64,000 nt of DNA, taken from positions 20,162,464 to 20,226,463 of the forward strand of contig NC_043011.1 in assembly GCF_006345805.1 (NCBI RefSeq), read 5' to 3'. Below the pieces are notes generated by a model. The model saw nothing but the letters and a program-made list of their open reading frames with translations, was not told where the DNA came from and ran no database searches. The stretch is from Octopus sinensis. Taxonomy: Eukaryota. Below, piece after piece: positions 11,169 to 27,169 of the stretch. Both the position numbers and the translations under genes were made by a program. The number at the start of each line of letters is the position of its first letter. Position 1 is the stretch's first letter.

Positions 11169-14100
11169 ACCTTCAAATTCCTTCAGAGTGCGTCGCTTTT
11201 GCACCTTTTGATTACACACACACATATGTGTGTGTATGTATGTATGTATGTATGTATGTATGTATATGTATAAGTATGTATGTATTTTTATTCCTTTTTG
11301 ATTCTCGAGTCTTGTGTGTGTCTCTATGTTTGTACGGATTTGCGGGAATGGGTCTCACTCATATATTTTGGTCGACTTAATACTATTCCATAATATAATG
11401 GAGCTGTATGTACTATATACGATTGTGAAACTATGTGAAGTTGTGAAACTATGTCATCAAGAGTGACGTCATTGATAATTTCGAATCCATAACACTGTTG
11501 GTTTCAAGATTGTAACCAAGAAGTTTGCTAAATGTTAAGAACTTCTCTGTAGGTCTATTCCGAACAAATGTAATCTCATGCGATACTTTATAAAGTAGAT
11601 CTATGACAAACGTATTTCAATTCAGCGAACTTCTGACTTTAGATCAACATAGATGTGTCGATAAAACTCGTCATCTCAAATGCAACAAAAAGGTTTTGTC
11701 TTAGCCATGTTACTCTATATGTATATCATTTGCAAAAATCCGTTTTGCTTTCTTTATTTGGAGTTAAATATACTAATCGCTGAATTAACTTAAGGATGTA
11801 TTAAATTCTAGCATCAGATACCTTCAGAAATTAATGGAAACACAAGAATAAATTTTTATGTAAAAACTAATTAGGAAAAAATATAATTAAACAGGGTGAC
11901 ACACAGAAACACAGATTGTCACAATTTAGCAAACGTACAAGAAAAATGAAGCGTGAACGTAATCATAATCAATAAAAATAAAATGCAACACCAACAAGAA
12001 CAAGAACTCATCTTTTGATAATGTTGCTAGCTAAAACGAAATAATCACATGGGTCAACTCTAAACAAAGAAAAAGCGTCTATTGGGTTTTTTTTTTAATT
12101 GGGAAACAAATGAGGTGACTGGTGTCAGAAAGAGTGTTATGTTATGATATAACCATGGTGATAGCAGTGCGATGACGACATTATTGCAGTATTCGATTAT
12201 GATCAGGCTGACTTATAATTAAAGGTGTTCCTTTAGTTTTATAATTTAGGCAATATATCTAAACTATATTGTTTGATGTTATCTACCTTGTCGAATGCCA
12301 TTTGAGGAAAATTTGGCTGCTGGTTTTACGCATATAGAAAAGCCTCCCTCACTTCTTTTTCATGATTTGAGTTTACGATGTATGATTTCATTGACGGAGT
12401 TGTAGTCCTTTATTGGGGATTATAATTTTATTGGGTATTATAGTTTTGTAGTTCTTGCGTGATTGCATTTGCAACAGAGTCGTTATAGATCTGTGGATAA
12501 GGTACTTTGTTCATGTTTTGTGGCATTATAATAGTAATGTTATTGTAGGTAGTAGTAGTGCTGTTGTTCAATGTATGGGACAGTTATTTGTAATTTAAAG
12601 TCGTCATTGTATAATGATTGCAATGCTTTCTACATCGCCTTCAACCGCTCTCAAGAGGTGACTTCCTAGACATATTATGTGCTTCTCTGAGAATTTCCGC
12701 TGGAAAATACAAAGATGGATTCCTGTTCCATAGAGCCGGACAAATACCAGCAAGCACTTTGTCTGCGTTCAAACATTTCTACTAATCCATTGTCTTGAGC
12801 TGGAATATTATTTTATCATTTCAGGAACAATGAAAGTAAAGTGGGATCTGAATGCAATAAGAAGTACCCTAAGGCATTTTGTCCGATGCGCAAATAAATC
12901 TGCCAATTTGTCACCCTAAATGAAGCAGGTTTGGTTTACTGTACGGAAAAGTTGGTAAGATATAATAAGTTGTTATATCGTAAGTGATAAAGTGTGATGT
13001 TTTGTGCGGAAATCTTCGGCGCAGCAATTTGAAATCGTTATTGAGAATACGGAATAATATATTGGAAATCACTTTCAATCTATTTATTGAAAAGATTATA
13101 CATTGAATGCAACTTCCAGTTTAGCAATTCAGCCCTGTCAGTAAAACATTTCATTTCTCATCTTTCTAAGAGCAAAATGATTATTCCATTTGTATTTTTT
13201 TTCTTTTTAATAATTACCAACGAAACTACCACTAGTTTACTTGAATCTTACAATACCACTGTGACAATTGAGGCTTTATTGTAACATTAGTACTATCGTG
13301 GCATGGCTCTTTTTGTCTCTATGCTTGTGTTGACATAGTTACAATGGGATGGTTGCAGTTACGTAGTCATGTATATAGCCTTAAGTGTATGGTGGAATAG
13401 ATGTGGTGTGGGTTTTGTTTCATTGGCAGTATCGTTGTATTATCATGGCTATGGATGCGTAGTTAGGAAACGATATTTATGGTGAGGTAATTGCATCCAT
13501 TATGCTACAGATGAAACTCCTAGTCTAAATTCCTATAACAGAGTTAAAAGTACTCAAGATTAGGTATAGGCGATAGATTAAGTGCAGTAACCAAGAATTA
13601 TTTCAGTCGACGCAATCGGCTTTTGCACTGAAACTGTATACCAAACTGAACGCGCAAAGCTCGGATCGCTACCAGATTGTAGAGTTTATATCTTAACGAA
13701 TGTATGAATACTTTCCTTCGATACGACCGCCTTTATTAAAGTAGATAACCACAAAGCAATCAAAATACGTTAATTCTGCAGCGAGAAAGAATAATCAGGT
13801 GCAACACAACGTGTCTAAATACATCCAATTTTCTTAGCTTTTTAATTGTTCGTTCATTAAATTGTTCAAAAGATATTTTTCTTTATTTAATTTTCTTCCT
13901 TCCAGAAAAATGTAACTTTTTTTCACTCGTGATTCAAATGTTTTGTACCAGATAGATTTGAATTTTGCACAATATATGTGTGTGTGTGAGTGTAGCATAA
14001 TTTTATATGTGTATGCCTGTATGTGTGTATGTGCGTGTGTACGTACGTATGTATGTTCCATTGTTCTATCTTAATATTGAGATAGTAACATAAAAATATT

Positions 14101-14644
14101 GTTTTAAGAATAGTTCATCTGTCTCCACAGATTCCAAGTACTGGCAGAAAATTTCAATTTGTTATATACATGTATATATTTCATAATCCGAAAGTGATTT
14201 TACTGATGCGAATCAGAGTATTCGAACTTAATACTCGGCATACAATGAAATTATTTGTTATAAAACAATAGACAAATCCTACAATTTCTCTGTCTTAAAA
14301 GTTCATGCTAAATAGAACATTCTTCATGTGGAATCAATGAAATCCTTATTCTTGAATAGCATTTAATTTCGGATTAATTTATATATGGCTTCATATTGTG
14401 AATTTCAGTTAAGGCACGTACTTAGAGGTGGATGCCGTGTAGGCTGGTTAATACAACAGCATACGTAGTAGCGTGCTTGGGTATATGTATATGCAGACAA
14501 GAAGAATGCAGATATTTATACGCGGATACGTATATTATTGTACCAGCACATGCATATAGACAGACAAATAAACCACGTACACACAGGTGCACATACGCAC
14601 ATACACAGACATAAACCACATACACACACCCACATACATATATA

Positions 14645-14697
<53 letters not shown>

Positions 14698-14699
<2 letters not shown>

Positions 14700-14960
14700 A
14701 GGGCGTGGCTTAATGGCTGTGTGTGTTACACTGACAATCACAAGTTCGTGTGCACGGTTCCTAAACACACGCAGTGCGTGGTGTTCTCCAGGAAAAAAAA
14801 CTTAATTTCATGCTTCTGCAGTCCAGTGACTTGTAAGTGGGCAACCATAGAACGGACTGGCTTTCTCTTGTGGGGGAAAGTTGGGGCTGCCCGCCTAACC
14901 GGTAGAGTGGCAGCTTTCAAAAGTTACAGTAATGCGATCATTGTGACCAGCGAAGTATAA
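14698..14960 (+). mobile_element. Decayed tRNA-derived SINE
   Basis: GGGCGTGGCTTAATGG head. ATTGTGACCAGCG near the end is shared with 15062-15300. Confidence 0.5.
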
Positions 14961-14993
14961 TAATTTCAGACAGTCTGGTCGAGATAGTTATAC

Positions 14994-15061
<68 letters not shown>

Positions 15062-15063
<2 letters not shown>

Positions 15064-15300
15064 GGCGCGTGGCCTGGTGGTTAAGGTTTTGCACTCACGT
15101 TCGCTGGATCATAGGTTCGAATCCTGGCCCGATTGGTGCGTTGTATTCTGGAGCAAAGCATTTCATTGCAAGTTGCTCCAGTTCACTCAGCTGTACATGA
15201 GACACCTTGCGACGAATTAGCCTTCTGATCAGAGCTAATGTTAGCCTACTCACCTACCATAAAGCGCATTGTGACCAACGGTGTACAACAATATCTATCA
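15062..15300 (+). mobile_element. tRNA-derived SINE after a (GT)n tract
   Basis: AGGCGCGTGGCCTGGTGGTTAAGG (A box) ... GGTTCGAATCC (B box), then a non-tRNA body. Confidence 0.7.
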
Positions 15301-15444
15301 TCTTGTGGGAGATAAATATCATTGAATGTACACAGTACAAAGACGAGATACGTGCCTTCCCTTTACGCCAAGTAACTATTAGTAGTACTAATCTTTATGT
15401 AGTGTACATTAACTGAAATATATACATATACATACATACATATA

Positions 15445-15511
<67 letters not shown>

Positions 15512-15720
15512 AGGGAGAATTCACGAAAAAGCAAAAGACGAAGACAGGTTGTGTAGAAAACAAACAGATGTATTAGTATAACGCTCGGGAATTGAAAATG
15601 TCTTTAACGTTTCGAGCATAGGCTCTTCTACAGAAAGGAACACAGAAAGAAATAAGGAGAGGAACAAGGAGAGGAAAAAATGTTTGTAGTGGCTAACGAT
15701 CTATCATGGCGAATGCCTGA
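15512..15720 (-). mobile_element. Penelope-derived short repeat (copy 3 of 6)
   Basis: Same family; core at 15602-15637; abuts (TA)n. Confidence 0.7.
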
Positions 15721-15894
15721 CAGAAGGGTCACACAGGAGATAAAAATAATAGTAATAATTATAATAGTTTTACGTAAAGTTCAAAAAGTCCAAAGGTTTC
15801 AGATGTCGTGGTGTAGTATGCATATATGTATGTATGTATGTATGTATGTATATGTATTCATAAGTTTCATTTAATGTACACAACATATTCATAT

Positions 15895-15926
<32 letters not shown>

Positions 15927-17201
15927 CACATACATATAATTCTGTTTATATATTAATGTATAGCATTGTGGATATGGAAATTGTGCGCGTGAGTATGTGT
16001 GCGTACGCGCGCGCGCGTTTTGTTGTGTATGATAACTGAGAAATATTATTTCTATAAAAGATTACTCTCTGATTTTAGTTTTGATTGACTTATATATTTT
16101 GATGTTTTTGTATATATATTTTTTTAAATGTTGTCTACATATTCTGACGAAGTATGCCGTTTTGTTCTTTAGAAAAAACTGAGTTCCAAAATAATCATTA
16201 TTTTATTTTTTCTTCTTTCACTATGCTTCATGTTTGGTGCCTAGTATTAATCTGGTGATGAATCATTCCGTACCTATTTTTTTTTCTTTTCGAATATTCA
16301 TCTTTCCTTGCGTATATATTCCTTTCATTCTTTTTGAATATATATTTAGTCCAGGGTAGGTATATGGAAAAGTATTTTTCGTTGTGGAAACGTTCCTTTC
16401 TTTTTATTTTTCCCGGGAAATTTCTATCAATGAAAAATGCTTCCCTATCGTTTATATTTAGTGTAGTTGCAATAGTTTTGTTCAATATTTATTGTCACCT
16501 CCATCATTCTGTGAAAATTTTCGTTGCGAGAATTTTTCTTTCTGTTCCTCTGTTTTGAATTATTTAGTGTAAGTATGCCTCAATGGAATATTTTGTGACA
16601 TTTTTGCTTTCTCTGTGGCTTTGACGTAATGTTCAGAAACTAGATCAGAAATATGTGGTGGCGTCGATGGAGGTGTGGAAGGTGCATGGTGTATGATTGT
16701 GTGCGCGTGCGTGGCGTGTGTGTGTGTGTGTGTATTTGCATGTTTGTACGCATGTGTGCATGGGTGAGTGTGCGCGCACACAAACACAGTTATATGCATA
16801 CATGTATGATACAAATATAGTGAATGTGTCTGTATTCATATACGCATGTATACGTATATACATATATATATAGAAATATATACATATATGCGTGTTTGTG
16901 TGTGTGTATGTATATATGCATTATATGTACATATACATAATCACATATATAAATGTATGTAATCATTTAGGCATGAGTGCGCGTGTATATTTGTGTTTGC
17001 AGAAGTATAGCTATTTGTATGTAACCACCTGGGTGTGTATTTTAAGGATATAATGTAAATAAGAAGATAACCCGCCGTATATATCCTGTTTTCGCTTACT
17101 TGTACGTAAATATATATACATGTGTATGTGTGCATGCGTGTTTATGTGTGTCTGTGCTCTGTGTGAGTGTGTGTGTGTGTGTGTGGTGTGTGTGTGTGTG
17201 T

Positions 17202-17248
<47 letters not shown>

Positions 17249-17723
17249 ATCTATGCTTATAAACATAAATTTGTGCTCGTTCCCGCGTGTGTGGTTTGTG
17301 TTAGAATTTCAGTATATCATTCTCAATCTACGTAATTTTCATATATTTATCTTCATTCGTGACTGAACGTCTATAAATGTTATATAAATATGTGTGTGCA
17401 GAGGGATGTATACAAATCACGTATGTTTATGAGCGAGTTTTTTTTTCATTGTGATGCAGTAATCATTTATACTTTTGCAAACTCGTAAAAATATGTATGT
17501 TTAAATAATGATCTACTCACACATACATGAATCAAAGTATGCTTCATATATACAAGCATACGCACACATATATACACGTATAAATATAAATATATATAGA
17601 TATATAAATGTGTGTGTGCGTGTATATATATATATTATATATATATATATATATAACAAGCTTGTGCACACGCACCCACATATGCAATTACGCATCAAAA
17701 CATATGCATAATTATATATATAC

Positions 17724-17756
<33 letters not shown>

Positions 17757-17799
17757 CATATATGTATATACATACATACATATATATATATAATATATA

Positions 17800-17873
<74 letters not shown>

Positions 17874-18195
17874 ATACATACAAGTAATCAATAAGAACAC
17901 GAATCAATATCAAAAATAGGCGGAGGGAAAAGTGTATCTGCGAATACTTATACTGAATTTTTTCTTTTTGCATAATTCACACTTGTGTGTGCAAGAAATA
18001 CATATATATGTGTGTGTATTTGGATGTGTGTATGTTTGTGTGTATATATACATATATATATACACATACATATATATGTATGTGTATACACATACAAAGA
18101 TATACATGCATACCCTTTCCACATCCTTGCCATTAGAAGCACAAGGCGCCTATATATGTATTCTCATACACACACGTATATACATAATATATATG

Positions 18196-18236
<41 letters not shown>

Positions 18237-18288
18237 GTATATATATATATATGTATACATATGTATATATATATATATATATGTATAC

Positions 18289-18363
<75 letters not shown>

Positions 18364-19546
18364 TCTATATATGTATATATATTCGTACATACTATCATAT
18401 ACATGTATGCGCGCGCGTGTATGTGTTTGTGGGGGGGTGCATGTGTTTGTGTGTGTATTATCGAGTGTCAGAACAATTCTCAATTGTTTCGAAATACCTA
18501 TAATAACATAAGTAAAAGCTGCAAAGCTGCAATATTTACTTCAAAATATTACATTCGCCATATTGTTTCGTTCTTTATTTTTTTCTTACGATTTGCTTTG
18601 TTAATTTAACAGTCGTTAAAATAAAATCCTCTACAGTATTATCCGAAATGTCTGAATACAATGTAGTTCCTTTGCTAAAATCACCTTTGTTTCAAACTCC
18701 TGATATTTGGATTTTTTTTTTCCTCCTTTTTCAAAAATTTCTTCTTTCAATAAACAATTCATGATCGTCGCCATATTTTTACATAATTTTATATGCCGAG
18801 CAGACATTTATTTATCCTTTGTTTATTACTTGTTTTTATTTTTACTTGTGATTTTTCTTTGATTTTGCTTTCTCCTTTAACCAAATATTTCAACACAACG
18901 AACAAACAATTATTCATACATTTCTTCAATACCTAAGCTGTTATTTCTCTAATTTCTGTTACGAAGATTTATATCTTTTTAGCACACATATTTATGTATA
19001 CATATATGAATTATGTATATTTACATGGACGTATTTGTAACTGCTACATACTTATTGTAGACCTTGATGTTGCTACCAGTGTTGCCGTTGATAAGATCAC
19101 TGCTAATGTCGTTTAATTCTAATTCAGCCCTGATTGAGCTATGATATTGCAATTACGACAATTTCAGAATTTATTTTAGTGTGTTGTAGGAGTTCACTGT
19201 TCAATATGTCCTGCATTCCTGAAGACAGAAATTTGCAATTTTAAGTAGCTTTTGATGATAACATTAGCAGAATCAGCCGCCCTGTAGAAGGCTTTTCGTT
19301 GGCTCGATATAAATTACTAGGAATTTGTCATGCAAATTTATTCACACATGCAGAATTCTAGATGTTTTCGGTAATTTTAACTTAAACGTGTGTTTGTAGT
19401 TATTGTGAGGATAGCAGTAATATACGTTTTATTGAATATTTCAACTCAGCTTTACGCTTTTGTTTAATTTATTACTATGCTGCTCCAGCCTGGGCAGAGA
19501 TGATCACAGATTTCCGTTAAATATGTAATATTGGGCTTTGCCTAAT

Positions 19547-19760
19547 GCGGCGAGCTGGCAGATCCGTTAGCACGCCGGGCGAAATGCTTAGCGGTATTTC
19601 GTCTGTCTTTACGTTCTGAGTTCAAACTCCGCCGAGGTCGACTTTGCCTTTCATCCTTTCGGGGTCGATAAATTAAGTACCAATTGTGTACTGGGGTCGA
19701 TCTAATCGACTGGCCCCATCCCCCCAAATTTCGAGTCTTGTGCCTAGAGAATAAAATGAT
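19547..19760 (+). mobile_element. SINE family C head and core with an alternative 3' tail
   Basis: Head and core as at 8221, but continues ATCGACTGGCCCCATCCCCCCAAATTTCGAGTCTTGTGCCTAG. Confidence 0.85.
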
Positions 19761-19872
19761 ATTGGGCTTGTTTCGAATTATAAATGTGCATACTTAATAT
19801 TGTAGTAATCAGTGCTAAATACGCGCGATTTATGAGTAGGTGACATCTTGATATTTATGTAAAATATGTATC

Positions 19873-20285
19873 AGGCGTGGCTGATACACGATTGAGAAGC
19901 TCGCTTCCCAATCACATCGTTCGGGTTCAGTCCCATTGCATGGCACTTCGGACAAGTGTCGCCCCAGGTTCATCAAAGCCTTGGGGATGGATTTGGTAGG
20001 CAGAAACTAAAAGAAACTTGTTGGATAGTATATGTATGTTTGTGTATGTGGGTGTATTTGTTTGTGTGTGTGTGTGTTTGTGGTGTCTCTGTTTCTCCCC
20101 CATCACGATTGACAACGGGTGTTGGTGTGTTTACGTCTCAGTAACTTAGCGACTCGGCGAAAGATTCCAATAGAATAAGTACTTGGCTCAAAGAAAATCC
20201 TGTTACCGATTTTTTCGATTAAAACCCTTCAAGGCGGTGCCTCGGCATAGCTGCAGTCAGATGACTGGGTCAAGTAAAAGAAAAA
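19873..20285 (+). mobile_element. tRNA-derived SINE family A, diverged
   Basis: Colinear with 4282-4690 and 59440-59844. Confidence 0.8.
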
Positions 20286-21797
20286 AAGGATATGTATATA
20301 ATTACGGAACTGATGCGATTTACATGAGGTGTAATCTGAGAAGAGTGTGCCCCCTCAAAATTGTAGGCCAAACCCAACAATGCCTCACTCTTCTAGTTTG
20401 ATTTTGAAACTAGTTTCACTTAATAGAGTGGGGGTAAATTGGGACTGCGCCTTGTAATGTGTATTCAATCACATTAGTCTCCAGTATTAATTTCATCGAC
20501 TGCTAATATATTTTTATCGACATGAACAGGATTAAAAGATAATTCAGCGTGTAAAGGAACAAAACTAAATACCTCAAAGAATTTTGCCCGATGATCCACC
20601 AACTCTGAGAGATGACATCTCTGTGCATATGTAGATGCTATATATTTTGTTCTAGTGCAGCGAAAGACTTCAAACTGTGATTTTAATTTATGTTCTTAAA
20701 AATTCATTGTAATTTCAAATTCATAAAATCAGATAGGAGGTGTGATCCTAAGAACACACGTATCGTTAGCAGACGACACACGTCTGGTAAAAGCTCTGGA
20801 ACTACCTGATCGCAATATTTCAGCATACTGCGCTACCTCACTGACAGATATTGTGTGTTTGTACGAGGGGTTCTCTCAGAGACGCATATCAATTTAATAC
20901 ACTAGTTACGAAAGAGCTAGTCATAGTTCCATGCTTGTACAGGCATATATATAAAACACGCTATGTATCTCCAAACAACCTTTTAGGCTCTGTTTATGCG
21001 TTAGTTATATTTTAAAAACTAGGACGCTGGACTCTAAGCAAATGGGAAAAACAAAACATGAGATGAAAAAAATTCGTAAATATTTTAAGATCTGGAATTA
21101 AGCAGTGTAGAATAATTCTTGTGTCTAAAAAGAATATGTGATGTTTCTTTTATGCATAAGTTGCATTTCTCAGAGTCATCAATATATGGTTGTACGTGGT
21201 GTGGTGTTGATCTTCAGACCCCATAGCTAGCTAGCCAACTTAGTAGCATTAATTTGTCAATGTACCAGAAGGGACATAGGTGTTTGGCACAACTTTTTTT
21301 TTGGTGGGGGGGAATCGTTTTTCTATAACCCGATATAATTCTTCTTTTCAGTTAGGTATAAACACATGGACAGGTTTCTTTAGTCGAACTAGAGGACACC
21401 ACCCGGCGCGAATTGAATAGCGGTCTCGCAGACTTTGGCATCTTTTTTGTTATACTATCCTGCACCAGAACAATATAATTGTGCTTTCTGCATTCAAGGA
21501 GAATGGGTATCTTAGATTTCTTGCTTTCGTTTCATTATTCTTGTTCCACTTTTTGCATCAACCTTATTCGCATTTTTCATTTCATCTTCTCTCATTTCCT
21601 CACAGCCCAACGTCCTGGTTTTTAAGATACATCTAACGCTTAAACAGAGCCTGAAAGATTGGTTGGCGATACACTGGGTGTTTCATAAACCTGCCTATTT
21701 AATGTATCGTAAAAGCATGTAATTCTTAGTAGCGCTTTTGTAGTTTGTGTATAGATATATACAGTTATATGAACGTACATATGTTTGCATAAATATG

Positions 21798-21828
<31 letters not shown>

Positions 21829-21829
21829 T

Positions 21830-21872
<43 letters not shown>

Positions 21873-22074
21873 ATAATTTTGCTAGCAATTAAGCCCGGTT
21901 TCACCCGGTTTGTTTGGATGATGTGGCTGTGATCGTTTTCGGTTAGGCATAATCTATAAGAGCGTTTCTCAACCTTATCATTTCAGGTGCACTGTTTCGA
22001 TTGGAGCGTCCATCTGTATGAACATTTCCTGACTCCTCACTCCCTTGTCACAAACAAGCTTCAAGAGTTGTGAA

Positions 22075-22537
22075 GAACGAATTTGTATGTAGTCTGTTTG
22101 TGAGAGGTATTTTATTGGACCTCTGTCTAATCATTAAAACAACGATTTAATTATGAACATTATACATTATTCCCTATTTTTGTAAGCATTTGTATCCGTA
22201 AAAATTTTATTTGCAGAGAGCAGAAATTGAAAGAAGGTATATGAAATGGACGTGTCTGTGTGTATGTATGTGTGTGTGTTTGAGTGTGTGCGTGCGTGAG
22301 TATGTGAGAGGGTGAGAAAGAGAGATAGAGTGAGTGAAGGTGTGTGTCATGATGATTGACGTATTTGTACGTAGTCTGTTTGTGAGAGATATTCTATAGG
22401 ACCTCTCTCTAATCATTAAAACATTGATTTAATTATGAACATAGAAAGAAATTATACATCCATCCCTATTTTGTAAGCTGTTGTATCCGTAAAAAAGATT
22501 ATTTGCAGAGAGCAGAAATTGAAAGATATATGAAATG

Positions 22538-22545
<8 letters not shown>
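22075..22545 (+). repeat. Diverged direct duplication of a ~185-bp segment (22075-22260 and 22357-22545), each copy followed by a GT-rich tract
   Basis: ATTTGTA(T/C)GTAGTCTGTTTGTGAGAG...CTAATCATTAAAACA...TTATTTGCAGAGAGCAGAAATTGAAAGA...TATATGAAATGGACGTGT occurs twice. Confidence 0.85.
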
Positions 22546-22605
<60 letters not shown>

Positions 22606-22609
22606 TGTA

Positions 22610-22655
<46 letters not shown>

Positions 22656-22689
22656 TGTATGTGTGAGAGAGAGAAAGTCCTCAAAACAC

Positions 22690-23099
22690 CCTACTGTCTT
22701 AATCCGACAATTCTGCCTATTATGTAGTTTGAATGAGAAACTGTAACTAAATATTAAAATTATTATCCCCACAAAGAGGTGAAAGAAGAGAGACAGCATA
22801 GCGAAAGTTTTGACTGACTGCCATCCTGTACTCCCCTTGTTGCTAGCGAAATGGTATATGCCAGCTGTATGAGCAACTGGTTGTTTTAATGGCGGAACAA
22901 ACAGGGGAATTCCATTATAAAAGTTATAATCGATTTTATTAATAAGTATGGAGCCTAGGAAAAAATACAAACCGCATTCCAATCTATGCACCCGTCTCCA
23001 CGTGTGCCATTTTTCACGCGAATCCACCCAGCCGTTTGGCTGTGAACCTCAAGACAAGAAAGAATACAACGATCGCCCAAGTCCAATTTCTATTATAGA
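22690..23099 (-). mobile_element. Putative non-autonomous Helitron/HINE-like element, 5' end only
   Basis: Minus strand begins TCTATAATAGAAA... followed by CCAAACGGCTGGGTGGATTCGCGTGAAAAATGGCACAC, a HINE/DINE-like core. No clear 3' CTAG end was found. Confidence 0.4.
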
Positions 23100-23139
23100 T
23101 AATAATATATAATCACTTTTATATATGTAAGGTTAGATA

Positions 23140-23177
23140 GGCAGGCAGACAGACAGGCAGACAAACAGACAGACGGC

Positions 23178-23272
<95 letters not shown>
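23140..23272. repeat. (GACA)n/(GATA)n microsatellite
   Basis: Seen directly. Confidence 0.95.
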
Positions 23273-23712
23273 CATACATGTATGTATGCGAAATATTCCA
23301 CCTCAAAAAGCGAATATATTTCTATTTATTGGTGCTTGGAATGTCTCGAGAATGTTGTGCAAATTCTGCAGGCATTATCATCAAGATGAATTTAACAAAA
23401 TCTTAGGATATTTCGTATAGCAGACTTCATTCGTCGACCGTTTTAAAACTGTGGTGCCTTTAGAAATTTTTCTTATATCTGTGCTCTGAAAATAACATCG
23501 TCCCTTCATTCAAAGTGACACTGCATAACATCATTGTCGCTGCTTTCCTTCCTCTGCTTAAACCATTAAAAATAAGATGAAAGCATCACATTCATTTTAT
23601 TTTGAAATTAATAAAATAGATATATGACCTCTCCTTAACAGAGGTATTTATTAGTTCATACATACGTAGAGAGGCATACATACATTCAGAAATACATGTA
23701 TATGTATGCGTG

Positions 23713-23754
<42 letters not shown>

Positions 23755-23857
23755 TACATATATACATAGATTTACAGATTTAAGAAACACCCACACATAC
23801 ATGTATGACTGTACATATGCATGTGTACATACATACATATATATATGTATATATATG

Positions 23858-23890
<33 letters not shown>

Positions 23891-23901
23891 GTATATATAT
23901 G

Positions 23902-23935
<34 letters not shown>

Positions 23936-23993
23936 AGGATATCTAAAGATATATATAATTCCTACGCATGTATGTATGTGTATATATGTATAT

Positions 23994-24027
<34 letters not shown>

Positions 24028-24033
24028 ATATAT

Positions 24034-24107
<74 letters not shown>

Positions 24108-24201
24108 TATACATATATATATATATTATATATATATACGGATATCTAAAGATATATATAATTCCTACGCATGTATGTATGTGTATATATGTATGTATAT
24201 A

Positions 24202-24242
<41 letters not shown>

Positions 24243-24776
24243 ATACATGTATAACACACACACATATATGTGTTGGTACGTGTGCGTTGATATATTTATG
24301 CACACACATACACGCATTTGTGTGAGTGGAGAGGCAGATCAAACAGTTTTTAAACTGGTACTGAGAAATATCAAAGACAACTCAAGTGACTCGTTATTTG
24401 TATATGCCTGTGTTCCCCTCTGCATTTCTCGCTCTTAATCTCGTTTTAGTTCACTGAGATCATTTGCGGTGAAGATTATTACAATGCGGCTATTTTCATT
24501 CTTATTCTGTAGCTTTTCAGTGTGTGTTTGCATCTCCTTGAATATCATGGATAAACATACATATCAAAGACACTTCGAAGGCCATTAACGAAAAGTAAAT
24601 GTGTGATATGTACCAAAACTAAGTGATGATGAATATGCAAATACATAGACACGTGATGATGACAATATCAACGTATACTTCTGAGGTTTATCTCGAAAAC
24701 GCGTAAGTTTTTCGTGGTTGTTACATAGAAAAATCTATCGGATACAATTTTGTACAGAAATACATACACACACACA

Positions 24777-24833
<57 letters not shown>

Positions 24834-24971
24834 ATTAACGTATATGTATACATATATGTGGTCCATGCACACACACGTGTATATATGTGTTTGTGTGTGT
24901 GTATGCGTGCGTGTCTGTGTGTGTGAGTATATATATATATATATATTATATATGTATGTATGTATATATAT

Positions 24972-25008
<37 letters not shown>

Positions 25009-25520
25009 CCTGATACGTTGATTTACCTATTCATAAACATAGTGCATATTCAACCCTATTTAAGCGCCAACTGTGGAAAATCAAAGATAATAGGTTGGTT
25101 CAACATAATTATCCACACGATTATATTGTAATGTAGAATGCGGTTAATTTTAGAATGCATATTTTTACACCAGCTGCTACGTTGTAATGTCACGATGACC
25201 ATGTTGTGTGTATTTCGGTACATATATAGATATGCGAGCCTACTTTAAGTATGTTGAGTCTGCTATTGGTTTCACCCTATAGCTCTTGGCATTTGGGTTC
25301 AGTCCCATTACAATTATAAACCCATTGTTGCGCATGGAATAGAACTGCGTTCTACCGGGCGTATAAATATGTAAATATATATGTATATAGATAGATAGAT
25401 ACATACATACATACATATACACACATATATATACATACATACGCACATATATACATACATACATTCACACTTACACGCTCAAGCACACACTCGTGGAGAG
25501 TCCATCATATATATATACAT

Positions 25521-25890
<370 letters not shown>

Positions 25891-26337
25891 CTCGATAAAT
25901 TTGCTCGTAAATTTTACCGGCATGCTCTCTCTTCGCCGGGTATGGTTTTCGTCTGCGCACTGGTCTGAAATGTTAGAGTATACAGTTCGTTAGATTTGCA
26001 CGTACTTCTAGCGATATGTACAGCTTGGATTATAAAGGCTTCTTGCTGACAAGTCTGGCCTTGGCAGATGAATTCTATTCATTTGCTAAAAAAAAGATGA
26101 AACTGCAGTACAAGATTGGCTGAGATGGTAAACGTTTTTAATTTTCTTTCCATTTCATGAATTTATCCCCTCTTTGTGTATCTAGCACTTGCTTCTTTAA
26201 TGTACTTATATATGAATAACGTATAGTCTAATGACTAATTCGTCTTTTGTGCTAGGTTGCTGGTAATAATAATTTATTTTTATTACCCTTTTTACTATGT
26301 TTATATATATATATATATAATATATATATATATATAT

Positions 26338-26533
26338 AGGGGGGGTGGAATTCACAAAAAGACAAAAGACGAAGACAGGAGGTGTAGACAACAAATAGAT
26401 GTATTAGTATAATGCTCGGAAAGTGAAAAGTCTTTAACGTTTCGAGCCTACGCTCTTCTACAGAAAGGAACACAGAAAGAAAAACAAGGAGAGTAAATAA
26501 AAAATGTGTAGTGGCTAGCGATCTATCATGGCC
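26338..26533 (-). mobile_element. Penelope-derived short repeat (copy 4 of 6)
   Basis: Same family; core at 26432-26467; abuts (TA)n. Confidence 0.7.
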
Positions 26534-26578
26534 ATATATATATATATATATATAATTATTAAGTATACACATATATAT

Positions 26579-26656
<78 letters not shown>

Positions 26657-26685
26657 GTGTGTGTGTATATATATATATATATATA

Positions 26686-27150
26686 CGAGAGGGTACCTAG
26701 AAGAAACCGGAATTTTGCAATTTTATTTTAGTCACTTAGTTTTGCATGTTTACATTTTAATCGCCTTCGAAGTATTCTCCAGTTTAAGCAATGCATCGGT
26801 CCAACCGTGTTTTCCACAATCCGTGGCACTACGCTGGGACTTTTGCGAAGTGATGCCTTTTAACACCTCCGTCGTTTTTCCTTCACAGTTTTTACGTCAT
26901 GACTGCTCTTGATCTTCCGTAAGCAAGCGAGGCACAAATTTTGCTGCAACTCTTTTCCTTCGCAATTCCTCGTTCAAAATTCCTGTATAGGAATTCTAGG
27001 ACAAACCCAATCATATGAACAACTCCATCAATAGTTTGGTGACGGTCCTCCAAGATCAGTTCATGAATTTTCATGATGTTTTCATACATTCGGGAGGTCG
27101 ACAGTCGCCCTTAACGAGGTTGTTCTTCAAGCGACAAGTAATCATTCCAA
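26686..27150 (-). mobile_element. Internally deleted mariner remnant (HTH region joined to C-terminus) with terminal TA-CGAG end
   Basis: Minus strand shows LSLEEQPR.GR.STSR..ENIMKIHELILEDRHQTID, then TTEVLKGI and GEYFEGD*. The catalytic DDD core is missing. Confidence 0.8.
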
Positions 27151-27169
27151 AAGCGTGGAAGAATGGAAA

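Noticed and set aside
12600-12800. Possible host exons at 12600-12800, 30350-30950 and 47300-47530
   Set aside because: Short open stretches with stops and no recognisable protein motif. A host gene cannot be supported without transcript data.
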